Shown here: positions 27,404-40,988 of the stretch, one piece after another
Layout: every line of letters begins with the position of its first letter
Position numbering within the stretch: position 1 is the first letter of the stretch
Origin: Octopus vulgaris
Lineage: Eukaryota
Direction of reading: 5' to 3'
DNA: 64,000 bases
Assembly: GCA_951406725.2 (NCBI GenBank)
Contig: OX597822.1
Coordinates: forward strand, 105,586,001-105,650,000
Notes under the pieces: generated by a model
Seen by the model: the letters and a program-made list of their open reading frames with translations, nothing else
What the model was told of the DNA's origin: nothing
Databases searched by the model: none
Position numbers and translations under genes: made by a program

Positions 27404-30400
27404 TATACTTATGTAGATACATGTATTTTCGCGTGTGTATTGGCATAGGGGAAAAACATTGAGGTGCGTGTTTTCTTTTGATGTGGAAATAATGCTACTG
27501 TTTACAGTTAATTTTATTAGAGACCATAGTGTTTGTTACCTTTGTATAATATAAACCTTGCTATCCTTTGTTCTATAGCTCTTCTTTTGTCTAGCTACAC
27601 ACAAATATACGAAAGATGAACAACAAAGCAAAATGCAAATCTCTATTTGTTTTCTGTATAACACCTGAAAGTTTTAGGTTATTTTCACTCGTAAAACATA
27701 TACAACTACACACAAATACGCATATGGTATTTTCTTTGCATCCTTATGACTTCAAATTGCATATATTCAGTAGAGATTCTTTATTATTTTATAATGAGTA
27801 TCTAGATAAAAAATAAACAATTTTCTGAACCAGTACATACGTAGAATTTGGATTAAATTACGCTTATACGCATTCTGAAAATGCGATTCTGTTCGTTTTT
27901 TTATTATCTCTCTAACTGCAGAAAGAAGTTATGAATAAATGAGCCCCCTTAACTAATTCACTAATCCTGTCTCAGTAATCTTGATACGCCGGTAACGACA
28001 TTTTCAGCTTCTAGTGACTGAGACCCTGTCTATGAAGCCTTTCTAAGTCGACAGTACAGGTCACAAATTTGTGGTCTGTGTAGCCGACCAATATTAAATT
28101 GTGGACACCCTGTGGTATCCTTGTCCACTGGCCTACAAAATATATTCTAGATGACCCAATGCGGTTTTTCCAAGTCCACGTTGGCATATTCGAGTAATCT
28201 AGACAGTATCTCTCAGACAATTGTAAAGGTCTGAGCAGGTTTTTGAGGTTTTTGCATACCCATCTTCTATCAGATACTCCTACGCACTGGTGCTTATTTA
28301 TCGTCCACGAAAGGACGAAAGGATGAAATGTGTAGTCGACTTTGACAGGATAATAGTAATAATCCTTTCTATTTTAGGTAGAAGGCCTGACATTTTGGGA
28401 GAGAGGGGCTAGTCGATCACACTAACCCTGGTACTCAACAACTACTTATTTCATCGACACCAAAATGTTGGAAGGCAAACCGTCCTCGCTAGAATGTGAA
28501 CCCACATTGTAAAGCCGGAAGAAATGCCGCAAAGCATTTTATCCAGTCTCATATCCCCTTCTACTGTAGGCACATGGCCTGAAGTTTTGGGGTAGGGGTG
28601 AGCGGATTGCATCGACACCAGTACTCGACTGCTACTTATTTTATCGACTCCGAAGAAATGAAAGGCAAAGTCGACCTCGACAGCCAAAATACGACCATGC
28701 TTGCTATAACTCTCAGTTGGATCTTTCGCAAATTACACTATACTAATTTGAAACGACAGGAGAAAGTAAGAAACTCCTGACATAAGAATTGGATAGACTT
28801 TGATCATAAAAATCTAATCTTAATATAACCAACAAGAGCAGCAGTAGCTTTACAGAAATAAATATGGGCAGTGAAGAGAGAAATTGGCAAGGTTTCCACA
28901 TTGCGCTCTTACGATTCCCTAGTATATGTTAGAATGTAACTCTTGTCCACATCTAAAATTAAGCATGTTCTACCTGGGGCAATAGAAATGCGGGGACCTC
29001 TAGTAGACCGACAACAACGCCACCATCAACAACACTATCTGTAAATATTAAATATTTCAATATTCGTTCTCATCCCATTTGTCGGTCAGTATATCATTTC
29101 TGTCATTCGCAATGAGAGATCAAATTAAAATATTTAAATAATGTGTAGTTTCCTGGAAATGGAAGTAAATACATCACCATTACAATTCGTCTGTCCTTCT
29201 CAGCTAGAAACGGGTAAATATATTGAACAGTTGTATTTGCATAAACACATAACATGTAAGGAAAAGGCACGATTCATATGACCCATCATAATGTGAGAAT
29301 TCTATTTAAAATAAATGTTATTTCTTATAAAGTATCCATTACGAATCAATACTATCTAAATGAAATAATTCTAATTAAATGCTATGGCGAAGGTTGTGAC
29401 CGGATTATTTAGCACTCAATTCTGCGTAGAGCAATGAAGCATTTTCTATAGTTTGTTAGCTGGTAAAATATTCAATTGAGTTTCAGAAACGTGAGGTGAC
29501 TTACATTAAAGCGTCATTTATTTTGAGAATTTACATTGCAGATAATAACTTGTAATTCTTAGAATACTGGAAGTTACAAAACTTTTACTTTGACACTGCC
29601 GTGTAAGTGATCTAACATATATTAGGTTGCTGGTAATGGTAGTATTGTTGTTGATGATATTGATTACTCCTAGTCAACAGACTATTTCAGTGATTAGGCA
29701 ATTTCATTGATTGGTTCCAGATGAACTCTAATAGAGCAGACCTATCACGAAAGTTTTACCAACCATGTCCAGTCCGTCCATTTAGGATAAGTATAATAAT
29801 CTCTTTCGCTTACTTGAAAACAATATAGTGTCTTTTAAGGATAATTTGACTTATATTTCTGAAGAATTCTCCGAGACGGAAGAGCATGAGACAAAATGCC
29901 TTTTGGTCTTTTTACTGTCTCTGTGCACATTTAGGTCATTGTTACTTTTCAGCCGTCAGGTCTGAGAAAATAAAATACCAGTCTGAGGTGATGGATCAGT
30001 AGAATTTTCCAAGCATCATACAAGTTTGTACTGTTCGCTCCGGATTTTGTATTTGGATTATTGGCTGGTAAATTTAATCCGTCACCCTACAAAATCCTGG
30101 CATTTAATCCTCAAAAATCTTTAGTGCAGTTCACTGTTGCAACGTTTTGGATCAGGATTCCGATTTGTGGAGAAATCCGTCTCTTTCTTCCAATAAACCC
30201 GAAGGCCTTAGGGTTTATGGCTGACGCTTTATCAGAGAGGCCAAACGGGAAAAGTGTCATACGTTCAAAAGAAATACGGTAATGTTGGAAAAATTGCACA
30301 CTAAGTGAATATATTTCTCTAATTACCATTTATACGATTCTTATTGAATTTACAATATTATGAGGTTCATGACTTGAATGAGAACATACGTGACGACGTA

Positions 30401-32252
30401 CCTATGAATGGAATGTTTTTCATTATCGGTCTAAGCAATCAAGGTTGATTCAGGGCTAAACAAAAATAAGATGTTCTGATTGATGACATAAAGTAGGATT
30501 TAACACAGTCCTGATGAAATAGCCTCTATACAGTCGCTCGACCTTCTAGAAATATCAGCTAAAATTATACTATACTTCATACGATCTGGGATACACTACA
30601 TCTGAAAAAAGAGTGATATGTTGATGGCTGAGAATTCATTTCATTTTGTGACTGATGAGAGCTGACATGACAAACTACATTATCGATAACTGCAACGTGA
30701 TCTGCACACAGCATATTGTAATTTTAGAATTCACAATATTTATTCGAGTTTTTGAAAACTGGAGCTAAATTCTCAAATATTACATAAAGTGTTTGTGTTT
30801 CATTATAGAGTGAGCCATAGAAAGATTTACATAAAAGACTTCTTGCAAAATTGTTTACTTAAAATATTCAAGCATTGTGAAATATATTCACAATTAATAT
30901 CAGTAAAGTAATTGTTACTGCGAAAAGAAGTCACAATTCTCTTTTATTAAAATTATCCACACTCTCTTCCCTGCCATTTAAAGTAAATATTTCAATATAT
31001 TGCACAAGCGAAAGAAAACTGATAGAGAGTAGCGCCAAAATATTCTCTCCCAAAATACATAAACAATATACTCGATTCTACTTGTAAACAATAAACAGTT
31101 TCGAACGGTGTAAATTAATTGATTCAGTTCTATATCTTCTTTCATGTGTTGTATGTGTTCGGTTACGTGCCCCTTTGTTTCAATAATAATACTGCTATCT
31201 TGTTATTTGTTAATTTAGCTTAATAAATTCAATTTATGTATCATAACCTAAACATTGCCGTGCATGAAACAATGTAAATAGAAGTACTTGTAACATTAAT
31301 ATCGCAGATGTTTCAGAAATACGGCGAATCAAAACCGAAACAAAATAAATAAAATTTCCGTAGAAGTAGGTTAATATGTAACGGGGAAACATTTCTTTCT
31401 TATTGTTTCGCCTACAGAGTTGAGTGAACAATCAAATAAATACGAATAAGAAAAGAAAAAATAATAATAATAATAATAAAGAAACCATTCAACGAATCAC
31501 GAAATATTGTGAATTAATTAAGCGACATTTAAGCAGCTGCATCATGATTAAAGTTTTTTTTTTATGAATAATAAAAATAAAGAGTAATATTAAAACAAAC
31601 AATAAATTAAAAGTTTAAAAAATATATCTTAAGAACTGTGATATCAAAGTAAAATCACAAAATCTAAATGTTTGGGGATTTTGTTGATTCAGATCAAAAG
31701 AAAATTTGTTGCTACAATTTTTAATTTTCAAACGAACTCATGCAAATTATGAGACGTTATTTTTATTTGGAAAATACTATAAACTATATTAATAAAAAAA
31801 CACGTAAACAAATAATATAAGGAGAACTGTGTTATCGTATTGTAATCTACTAATGAATATAATTAGATAGCTAATCCCCTGTAATTTCGTCATAGATATT
31901 TCAAAAGATGTCTTCAAATCTTCCTCGTAAATAATAGGTGTAACGTACTAGATTCCCCGAGTTTATAATGAATATTAAAAATCAGTTTCAAATTTGGCCT
32001 AAGGCTTAGCGATTTCGAAAGGAACTAAACACTGCTAAGCATTTAGCAAGGCGTGCTAATGATTCTGCCAGCTCACCGCCTTCATGAATATTAAATACTG
32101 TCAGACAATAATGTCAACGCTGCCAGCATAGTAACATAGAAATTCCGTGTAATTTTTTTAACAATAAACCCTGAAGAGGTTTCACGATTTAATTAGAAAC
32201 AAATACCAATTAGAAAATATCCCTATAGCGTATTAAAAGTTTTATTCATAAG

Positions 32253-32301
<49 letters not shown>

Positions 32302-32348
32302 TAAACGAAAGAATGGAGTCGAACGACGATTTAACAAAATTCCTTTAT

Positions 32349-32430
32349 TCTCGACACATGTTTCGAAGACTGCATATTCTTAATTCCGAAGGAATAAAGG
32401 GTGCATTATGCCGTCTTCCCATCAGGAAAG
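32349..32430 (-). ncRNA. Hammerhead-like motif (A9G) within element ~32300-32553
   Basis: UUUC-CUGAUGG-GAAGAC(G)GCAUA..UAUGC(A)GUCUUC-GAAAC-AUGU-GUC-GAGA; flanked by (TA)n on both sides. Confidence 0.65.
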
Positions 32431-32550
32431 ATAAGGAACAAGCATCATGAAACAAAACTGACTGCCCATCCATTGTCTTCAGCACGTAAATTTGCTACCT
32501 GGGTATCGGTTAACCGAATTATCCATACTAGATAATTCATTCAACTACTA

Positions 32551-32615
<65 letters not shown>

Positions 32616-33417
32616 CTAGCTATACAATATCCCACCCGCAAGGATGAGGTGATGGATGGGTCTAAATGATCGTTGTGTTGAATAAACATTCTTGCCAACT
32701 CCATTTCTCGTTTCCCTCATTCATTATAAAATCTACAAAGACTACAGCACTCTTGATGTAGATCCAGTGACACTTATATCATAACTTTGGAGGTCATCCG
32801 GTAGCCTAAACGGTGAAAGTGCTTTAATCGGCATACTACTGACCATATACCCAAAGTCCAAATACACCAAGAAGATCGGCACAATGCGAAATATCAGCTA
32901 CTGTGAGAGACCAAAAGCGTTAAGACTCTACTCCCTAAATCGAAGGCGGGTAAGATATGCAGTAATATACATCTGGAAAATCCTAGACAATCTGGTACAA
33001 AACTTTGGAATTCTCAGTTACACAAACGTGTATACGTGCATCTATTACAATTACATTTGCAAAAATCAAAAGTAATTGTTATATAATGCAAGCATAAAAT
33101 TAATGGAAACAATTTTCATTGTATTATATATTCCCATTTCCGGGTTATGTTACTATCGGAGTATTTTCCCATTATGCGCTGTTTTTGGCTAGTTATGAAG
33201 GTACCCCCAAAACTACGTATCTCGGGAATCCGTGGTCCGATTTAATCGAAACTTGCTTCATTCTGTCTGTATTCACTTTTCAGGGGTACCTTACTTTTAG
33301 TGTATTGGCTGTATTAAATTACAGACAAGCATGCAAGCAAGCACGCAAGCAATCAAGCAAGCATGCAAGTAAGCACGCAAGCAAGCACGCATTCACAGAG
33401 TTTTAATAGTATATAGA
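32616..33417 (-). mobile_element. Possible Helitron-like element enclosing a LINE fragment
   Basis: Minus strand begins TCTATATACTATTAAAACTC and ends CCCATCC..GGGTGGG hairpin + CTAG|T. Confidence 0.45.
32860..33040 (+). pseudogene. Degraded LINE ORF2 C-terminal fragment (CR1/L2 group)
   Basis: TKKIGTMRNISYCERPKALRLYSLNRRRVRYAVIYIWKIL matches the Y-x-ERL-x-x-L-x-L-x-SL-x-RRR C-terminal motif and aligns with the end of the 48756 ORF. Confidence 0.75.
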
Positions 33418-33478
33418 CAGACAGACAGACAAATAGATAAATAGACAGATAGATAGATAGATGGCTAGATAGATAGAC

Positions 33479-33527
<49 letters not shown>

Positions 33528-33569
33528 TGGATGGATGGATGGATGGATGGATGGATGGATGGATGGATG

Positions 33570-33632
<63 letters not shown>
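33412..33632. repeat. Compound (GACA)/(GATA)/(GA)/(GATG)/(GATA) microsatellite
   Basis: Directly visible. Confidence 0.97.
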
Positions 33633-33635
<3 letters not shown>

Positions 33636-34267
33636 GTACAACTCCAGAAAATAAATTGTATAAATTCAATGAATGACTGAAACCACCAAAAATGGAATAT
33701 TTTACTTATCTATACTTTGAGGATAAACAATATTTTTTATTAAAATCCACCTTTGGTTCACCTAATTATGAGCGTTGCTGACGTGTACACGTAAATACAT
33801 GTATCCCACAAACACTCACGGCTAAATGTTACCCGTGTGTTTAAGTGCGTGCGTTTGTAGCATGTGGTAGTAGCATGTATTAATCTCTCTCTGTCTCTAT
33901 TTGTCTCTCTCTCTCTGTTTCTCTTTCTCTTTGTCTCTCTCTCTCTCTCCCCTCTCTCACACTCTCTGTCGTACAAACATTTTTACAATCCACTTTCCAC
34001 AGCATGAGGCAATGATTACACCACACGAATTTACTGTTAGCAGTTTGATATATCATAAATGTGTTCCTGCAATAAGCTTCTGCCGATTCTGGTATTATAT
34101 TATCAATATATATATAATACGCTGCGTGTCTTTGCAAATATAGTTTTTTTGTTGTAACACTTTAGCGTTTGAAGCTGTTGGATTTGTTCCACTTTATAAG
34201 ATTTATTTTCTAAATTATTCGACACGAACTGGAGTCGTTATGTTTATCTTTCGTATTTGTCACATAA

Positions 34268-34663
34268 TCTTTATATATAAAAGAGAAGTTGTGTGTCTGT
34301 CTCCTACGATTTAGATTCCTAACTACTCCCACATTTTGTGGTGCAGTTTAACCAAAACCGGGTATCTTATAGTCGTGATTCATATCGAGCCCTTCTGGGT
34401 ATTAGCGCGCGTCTACGATGAGTCTACGATTTCAAAAAAAATTACTATCATTTTTTTCCATTTTAATGCATTTTTTCGCTATTATATAAGGGAAGTAACT
34501 CTCTAAAAATTTCTACGATGAGTCAACGATTTAAAAAAAAATTACCATAATTTGTTTTCTATTTTTAATGCATTTTTTTGGTATTTTTTGGCTATAACTC
34601 TCTAAAAATGCTTATATAGTTATTTCCCTTACAAACCCGAGCAACGCCGGGCGATACTGCCAG
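34268..34663 (+). mobile_element. Non-autonomous Helitron-like element
   Basis: A|TCTTTATATATAAAAG start, CCCGAGCAACGCCGGG hairpin, CCAG|T end; internal ~100-bp duplication. Confidence 0.85.
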
Positions 34664-36119
34664 TGCTTATGAAAAAGTTTCAAGTTTTCTAAATCAACCA
34701 CCAGAGTCCTAAGAAACTTAAATGCGTCTGCTGCAATATCTGTAGTCTTCACTGTAAAATTACCTGCTCCGTGTCAAGGTTAGGACTAAGAACACTTTGA
34801 AATTGCAGATTGCAAACGCAGAAGGTCAAAGTGTGTTAGTGCCTCCTCATGTCTACTACACACGAAATGTTTTTCTTCGTGAACTTCTGCAGAGAGTCAT
34901 ACCTGTGTAATATGTACAATATTTTGGGAGTGATAAATAAGATTTTCTTATTTCCCTATTGTTCTAGCGATTTATTTACTCTCTCATCCTCTAATCTTTT
35001 TCATACATCTGGTAACGTTTTCAACAATAACTCCGTCATTATTGACGACGTGAGTGCTCTTGTAATAAATAAAATAAAACCGTGCATTCGCTTTGAAATG
35101 TATTCTGTTACGTTTAATATCGCATTAGACCGGATGACTCTGATTCAAGACAGTAACTGTCAGCATTGACTTCCGCTGCCGTCTTTCGGTGTCAATGTTG
35201 TGTCACTTTACAAATTTCGTTGATAGTTCGGTAATTACTCTTTTCAACTTTGTATTTTACATCAAGGCTTTAATGAAATGTGAGAATATAAAGAGGTTAC
35301 ACATGATTTGTTCTGTAAGCCATAAACTGGAACTTACGTGGCGTGGAAATTAGAGGCTGATGCTTTGGTGATCAGATATTGTCAATTGTATGATATGTTT
35401 TTTTTCAAAAAGGAAGCGTTTCGGACATGCGCAAAGATAATGACAAACCCTTCGTTTACTTTGAAATATAATGATAATGGAAATTTTAAATCGTATCGAT
35501 ATGTGATGTTTTTGCAGCATTTTCTATAACTTTGTTTCTGTGCTTCATGTTCAGCTTACATACAGACTTATATATTTCTAATGGTGTTTACGCATATAAT
35601 ACCAAACTCCACAACTGGTTAACTCGGTAGCTGTTAAAACGAACACCTTTAGGTTCGTATGTGCATTTTAATGAGACGATATGCAATATGATTTTGAAAT
35701 ATAGCTAATGAACCCTTTAATTCTTCAGTAGTTAACAAAAATGACATTAGATTTCACTATATCAAAGGGGACGGGCTTTAGGAGTTGCTCGTTCTGCTAG
35801 AAATTTCAAACAAATTTTCCTGATATTAGAACCTAACAAATCTTCACGCTTACATTTGACAAAAATTATAGTTTTTCTCGTTTTCACATGTCTGCCGTAA
35901 CACCAAACAACCACATCAGTAACACGAAAATATCATGGGAAGTTTGCAACTATTTCAAATGTATATGTATATCAATATCTCTCTTTCTCTCTCTATCTAT
36001 CTATTTATCTATCTGTGTGTGTGTGTATGTGTGTGTGTGTGTGTGAATGTGTGTGTAGCCATCAATGTAATACGGCAACCAGGAATGTGGTGAAAGTTTT
36101 GTGGAAGCTTTTCTCATTT

Positions 36120-36301
36120 AAATCCGCGATGTCCAGATATCTTCCCTTCTTCTGGACTTTCCTCTATTTCTGAAAAAGAACAAGGCTCGAAACATTAAGT
36201 TCTCTTTCCTTCCTTTCCTGAGCGTCCGATAATACAGCATTTGTAACACGTCCTCGCGTTATTGTTTTGTCTTGTTTGTTCTTCTTTGTTTGGATTCACT
36301 A
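36120..36301 (+). mobile_element. Diverged relative of the CCGACGA-family element
   Basis: Shares tttcctgagcgtc..taatac..acgtcctcgcgtt..tttggatt tail; degenerate core CTGAAAAAGAACAAGGCTCGAAACATTA. Confidence 0.6.
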
Positions 36302-36510
36302 TATATACATACATTCGTAATATATTTATGGCAGGGAGCCCATGGGTGTATTGGATGTATGTGTGTCTGTATATGTGCAAATAACGAGTGATGTGATTCA
36401 AAGTCTACGTAAATTAAGAAATCTCTTAAAATACTTCCATTCACTCCATTCTGTGTGTTCTATCATTGCATCACATTATATATCTATAAATTGTTGCTTC
36501 TGTATATCTT

Positions 36511-36543
36511 CCTAATGTTTATTTTCTCTCTTTGCAGGTAAGT
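36511..36543 (+). promoter_or_regulatory. Candidate recursive splice site (branch point, polypyrimidine tract, CAG|GTAAGT)
   Basis: CCTAAT-GTTTATTTTCTCTCTTTGCAG|GTAAGT. Confidence 0.55.
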
Positions 36544-37355
36544 GCCACATTGTTGGATATATCGTGTCATAAAGAGATCTGAATTACCAGGTTTGACAAT
36601 CTCGAAATTATATCAATTTTTTTTTTCAATATTTGCGCGTTTTGTTTTTTTTTATATTTCAGTGCGATATATTAACTATATGAGGTTTCAAAAGAAAAAA
36701 GACAAAATCACTCATTTTCACCTGTAATTGGTTGCTTGCAAGCAAAGAATAATTTTTAAAATATTATCTTAATCGCAAAATGAAATGTGTTAATACAGGC
36801 GTAACAGCAATTTTGAATATATGGAAAATTATAAATCATTATTTTAGTATGTAATTTCGAGACAATTTTATTAAAAGTATTTCAGAATATATGTGAAAAA
36901 TTTTCTCGACTCAGAATTTACCATAACTAATTTGTTATGATATATTAAATATTCGATTTGTTAAAAAATTGTAATTGAATATTTTGGAGTATTACACTTT
37001 CAATTGTCACAAATATTTATAATTTAATAGGCAGAAAGAAATTAAATTTATATATCGCTAAAAGTAAATTATCTGCTTTGTAAAGTGAACGTAATATCTT
37101 TGAATTAAATCTATTTTTAATGTTTGAGAAATAAATATAATTATGGACGATAATTAGGTATTTAAATTGTGTGCTTTATTATCTCGTATGCTATTGAGAA
37201 ACATGATGCGTTTAAAATTTTAGTATTTAAGAAAATTTTGGAAATACTCATTAATTTCCTGTGTCTATTTAACCAATCTCAAAAACGCGTATTTTTAAAT
37301 CTCTATTTTCAACACTATACTATATCGCATCGTTGATTCTTTTTCCGGCCCGATA

Positions 37356-37510
<155 letters not shown>

Positions 37511-38547
37511 TACAGTAGAGGAGAAAAGGGTGAGGTAGTGTAGAAATTGAACATCATCTCTGCTGATATACATAGATATAATTTACTTTTTCATTTATTT
37601 TTAAGTCCTTAATTTTACCGAGAGAAAATCTCTCATACTATCTACTCAAGTCATGAATGGACATTTCATTGTATTAATATAAACTTGATTCCAAAATAGA
37701 TAATTTTGTATATTTTTCTTAATAATTTCCTATTTTTATAAAAGCTCATATCAGATCTCTTTCATGTTTCTGAATGGAGATTTGCTCGAATAGATGACTA
37801 TATATAAATATCTCATACATTTAATGTAGCCCTCATGATTCTATTTCAATATAAAAAAAAAGCCGAAGTTCAAACATTTTTCCGTGCACAGATACATACA
37901 TATTTACATATGTGTGTGTATCTGTGCATGTGAGTATATGTGTGCATTTGCTTTTTAGTGTGTGCGTTGTGTGCGTGTGTGTGAGTGTAATATGCATATA
38001 TACTCATATATAGACATATATAAATATATATACATAACCATGCTTCTATGTAAGTACGTGTGGGCATAGAGTTAATTAAGTTATAAATAAAAAATATATA
38101 TTAAAAATGAAGAAAAACTCAACTGTTGTTCAATGTTATTTGTTATTATTAAATGGCAAAGCGGGGAAGACAAGTCAGAATATTAACTACTGAAAATTAT
38201 GTATGTGAAAACACGAATAGCTCATATAATTTCCCAAATCAATACGGAATGTTTTTTACGCTAGTGCAAATTTGGTGGTAATAACTACAACTAATACTAT
38301 GCTATAATTAAGGTGGCGAACTGACAGAATCGTTAGCATGCCGGGCAAAAAATGCTTAGCGGCATTTTGTCCGTTTTTACGTTCTGAGTTCAAATTTCTC
38401 CGAGGTCAAATTTCCATTTCATCCTTTCGATGAAGCAAGTAGCACTTGAGGGCTTGTGATAGATGTCATCGACTTAAACCCTCTCCTAAAATTGTTGGCG
38501 ACGTGCCGAAGTTTAAAATCAATATTATGCCCGTAATTTTACATATC

Positions 38548-38730
38548 TCTTTCTTTATTGCCCACAAGGGGCTAAACATAGAGGAGACAAACAAGGACAG
38601 ACAAAGGGGTTAAGTCGATTACATCAACCCTAGTGCATAAATGGTACCTTATTTATCGACCCCGAAAAGATGAAAGGCAAAGTCGACCTCGGCGGAATTT
38701 AAACTCAGAACGTAACGTCAGACGAAATAC
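38548..38730 (-). mobile_element. SINE family A, head-less ~184-bp unit with TSD
   Basis: Truncated at gacgaaatacc; TSD CCGTA(A/C)TTTTACATATC at 38531-38547 and 38730-38746. Confidence 0.88.
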
Positions 38731-40593
38731 CGTACTTTTACATATCATTAAATGCAAGGCTTCGAAAATATAAGAGGAACAGCAGTACTGTCTAAAAGAT
38801 TCTCAAAGGGCCACAAAGAATAAAATCTCTGAATGTACAAGTAGTATCTGATTTTCAGTTATTTTCAAGCAATCCTATATTTTTTATAAGTACCAGTGTT
38901 TTACCAAATATCACCCCTTTTAAATAGCTTTCATATCTATCTACAGACTCTATGTATCTTTATCATTCAATGCATTCGCCTTGTTATACTTTGGACAAAT
39001 AACATCGATGCACGATAAGATAGAATTAATTTAACTTATCCAAGTGTGTTATCATAGCTTATCGTATCAACTCCGAAGATGGAATAAGATTGCAAGCGTA
39101 ATATTTTAGTACAGAATTTAGACAGACATAATTATTAAATGTAATTAATTGTTTTATCATTCCTACTATTTCACATCACTTTCTTTTTGAGTGAAAATAT
39201 ATTTCAATATTACCGAGAAAACATGTTATTGGCTTGCCTTAGCGCTTAAAATCTGATATTATCTTATAAAATACCAAGAAATTTAGCTCGAGAATTAAGC
39301 TTTCTAGTTACTAAAACCCGAATAACTAAGACAGCTATTTTTCAATTGTTAACATACTGTTTCTTTAAATTTATGATGTTATAGTTATTAAAGCTCAGAA
39401 TTAGATTAAATACATTCCAGATTTAAATGTCATGTCAATGATTTGAAGAGTTGCAAGTAGCATTCACATATCTGGTGTTAGACTAAAAATATAAAGAACG
39501 AGTCGAAGAAGGGCGTTGACCATTGATACCATAAGCTAAATATTACAGAATGAGAAGCAAAACTCTTAAATACTTCATTTCCATTTATTGTATTTAATCC
39601 TTTGTTACTGCGCTGCAAATATTGGTTTCAAATTTTGCAGCAAGCCCAGCAGGTTGGGGGAGGTGCTAAATCAATTAAATTGAGCCCAGTGGTCAACTGG
39701 TACGTATTTGATCAACCGCGAAAGAATAAAATGCAAAATCGACCCCGGTAGAATTTGAACTCAGAATGTAAAGATGGATGAAATGCCGCTCAGCATTTTT
39801 CCCTTCGCGTTGACGATTCTCAGCTTGTGGCTTTACTACGCTATCCATAACATAGCACCACCATAGACCTCTTACATAGCCTATTACAAACTCCCGCATT
39901 AGTTAAAGGTTTGTAATTACCTTATCTACAATGTTTTCAATATAATACACTTTTTTAGCAAACATTAATGAAATATGACCCTCGTCCCATGATATGCATT
40001 TAAAGGTGACATAGATGTTAGCGTGCAACATAAACATATACACATGCATGAATACACGCAACCACACGCAAAAACACAGCGAGGAATAACAGCAAGTGAA
40101 TACGAGACACGTTCTTACAATACACAATTATAATTATTCGAGTAACATTTTTCAACCCACATTTGAAGTCATTTTACATAACTTCCAGCAGGAAATCCAA
40201 TAATGCACGAATATCTCATGGAAAATGTTACTTTTCTTTGAAACTATACCGTTATTTCCGAAACTTTTTTTATGTAGAAGATCGGAAAACGATAAAACAC
40301 CAATGGAATTACAATACTTATTTCAAAAGTATCGCACTTTCAGATTCACCATCAAATATTGGTTTCAAATGTTGGCACAGAGCCAACAGGTTTAATGGAG
40401 GGGCTAATTCAACTAAATCGACCGAGTTTTCAACTGGTACTTATTTTATCGACCTTGAGAGAGTAAAAAGTAAAGTTGGCTTCGGTGGAATTTGAACTCA
40501 GAACGTGAAGTGCCGCGCAGGATTTTGCCCGTCGCGCTAATATTTCTCCCATCTTGCGGCCTTAATTCAACCCTCAGATATTTTATAAGTATA

Positions 40594-40988
40594 CTGACAG
40601 TATCGCCCGGCGTTGCTCGGGTGTGTAAGGGAAATAACTATATAAGCATTTTTAGAGATGTAAAGTATAATAGCCATCTCAATATGGCTAACCACAAAGG
40701 GGGGTGTTACTGTAGCTTTTTACGTTCTGAGATTTAATAATACATTTTTAGAGAGTTACTTCCCTTATATAATAGCAAAAAAAATGCATTAAAAATGGGG
40801 AAAAATGATGGTAATTATGTTTTTAATCGTAGACTCATCGTAGACGCGCGCTAATACCCAGAAGGGCTCGATATGAATCACGACTATAAGATACCCGATT
40901 TTGCTTACACTGCACCACAAAATGTGGGGGTAGTTAGGAATCTAAATCGTAGGATTTAGACACACAACTTCACTTTTATATATAAAGA
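40594..40988 (-). mobile_element. Non-autonomous Helitron-like element
   Basis: Reverse-complement homolog of 54437-54834. Confidence 0.85.

Noticed and set aside
31737-31753. Octamer ATGCAAAT sites, including CTCATGCAAATTATGAG
   Set aside because: About as many occurrences as expected by chance at this AT content; no independent support.
32171-32205. CTGAAGAG...GAAAC as a hammerhead
   Set aside because: No stem II independent of GAAAC, no stem III/NUH and no stem I.
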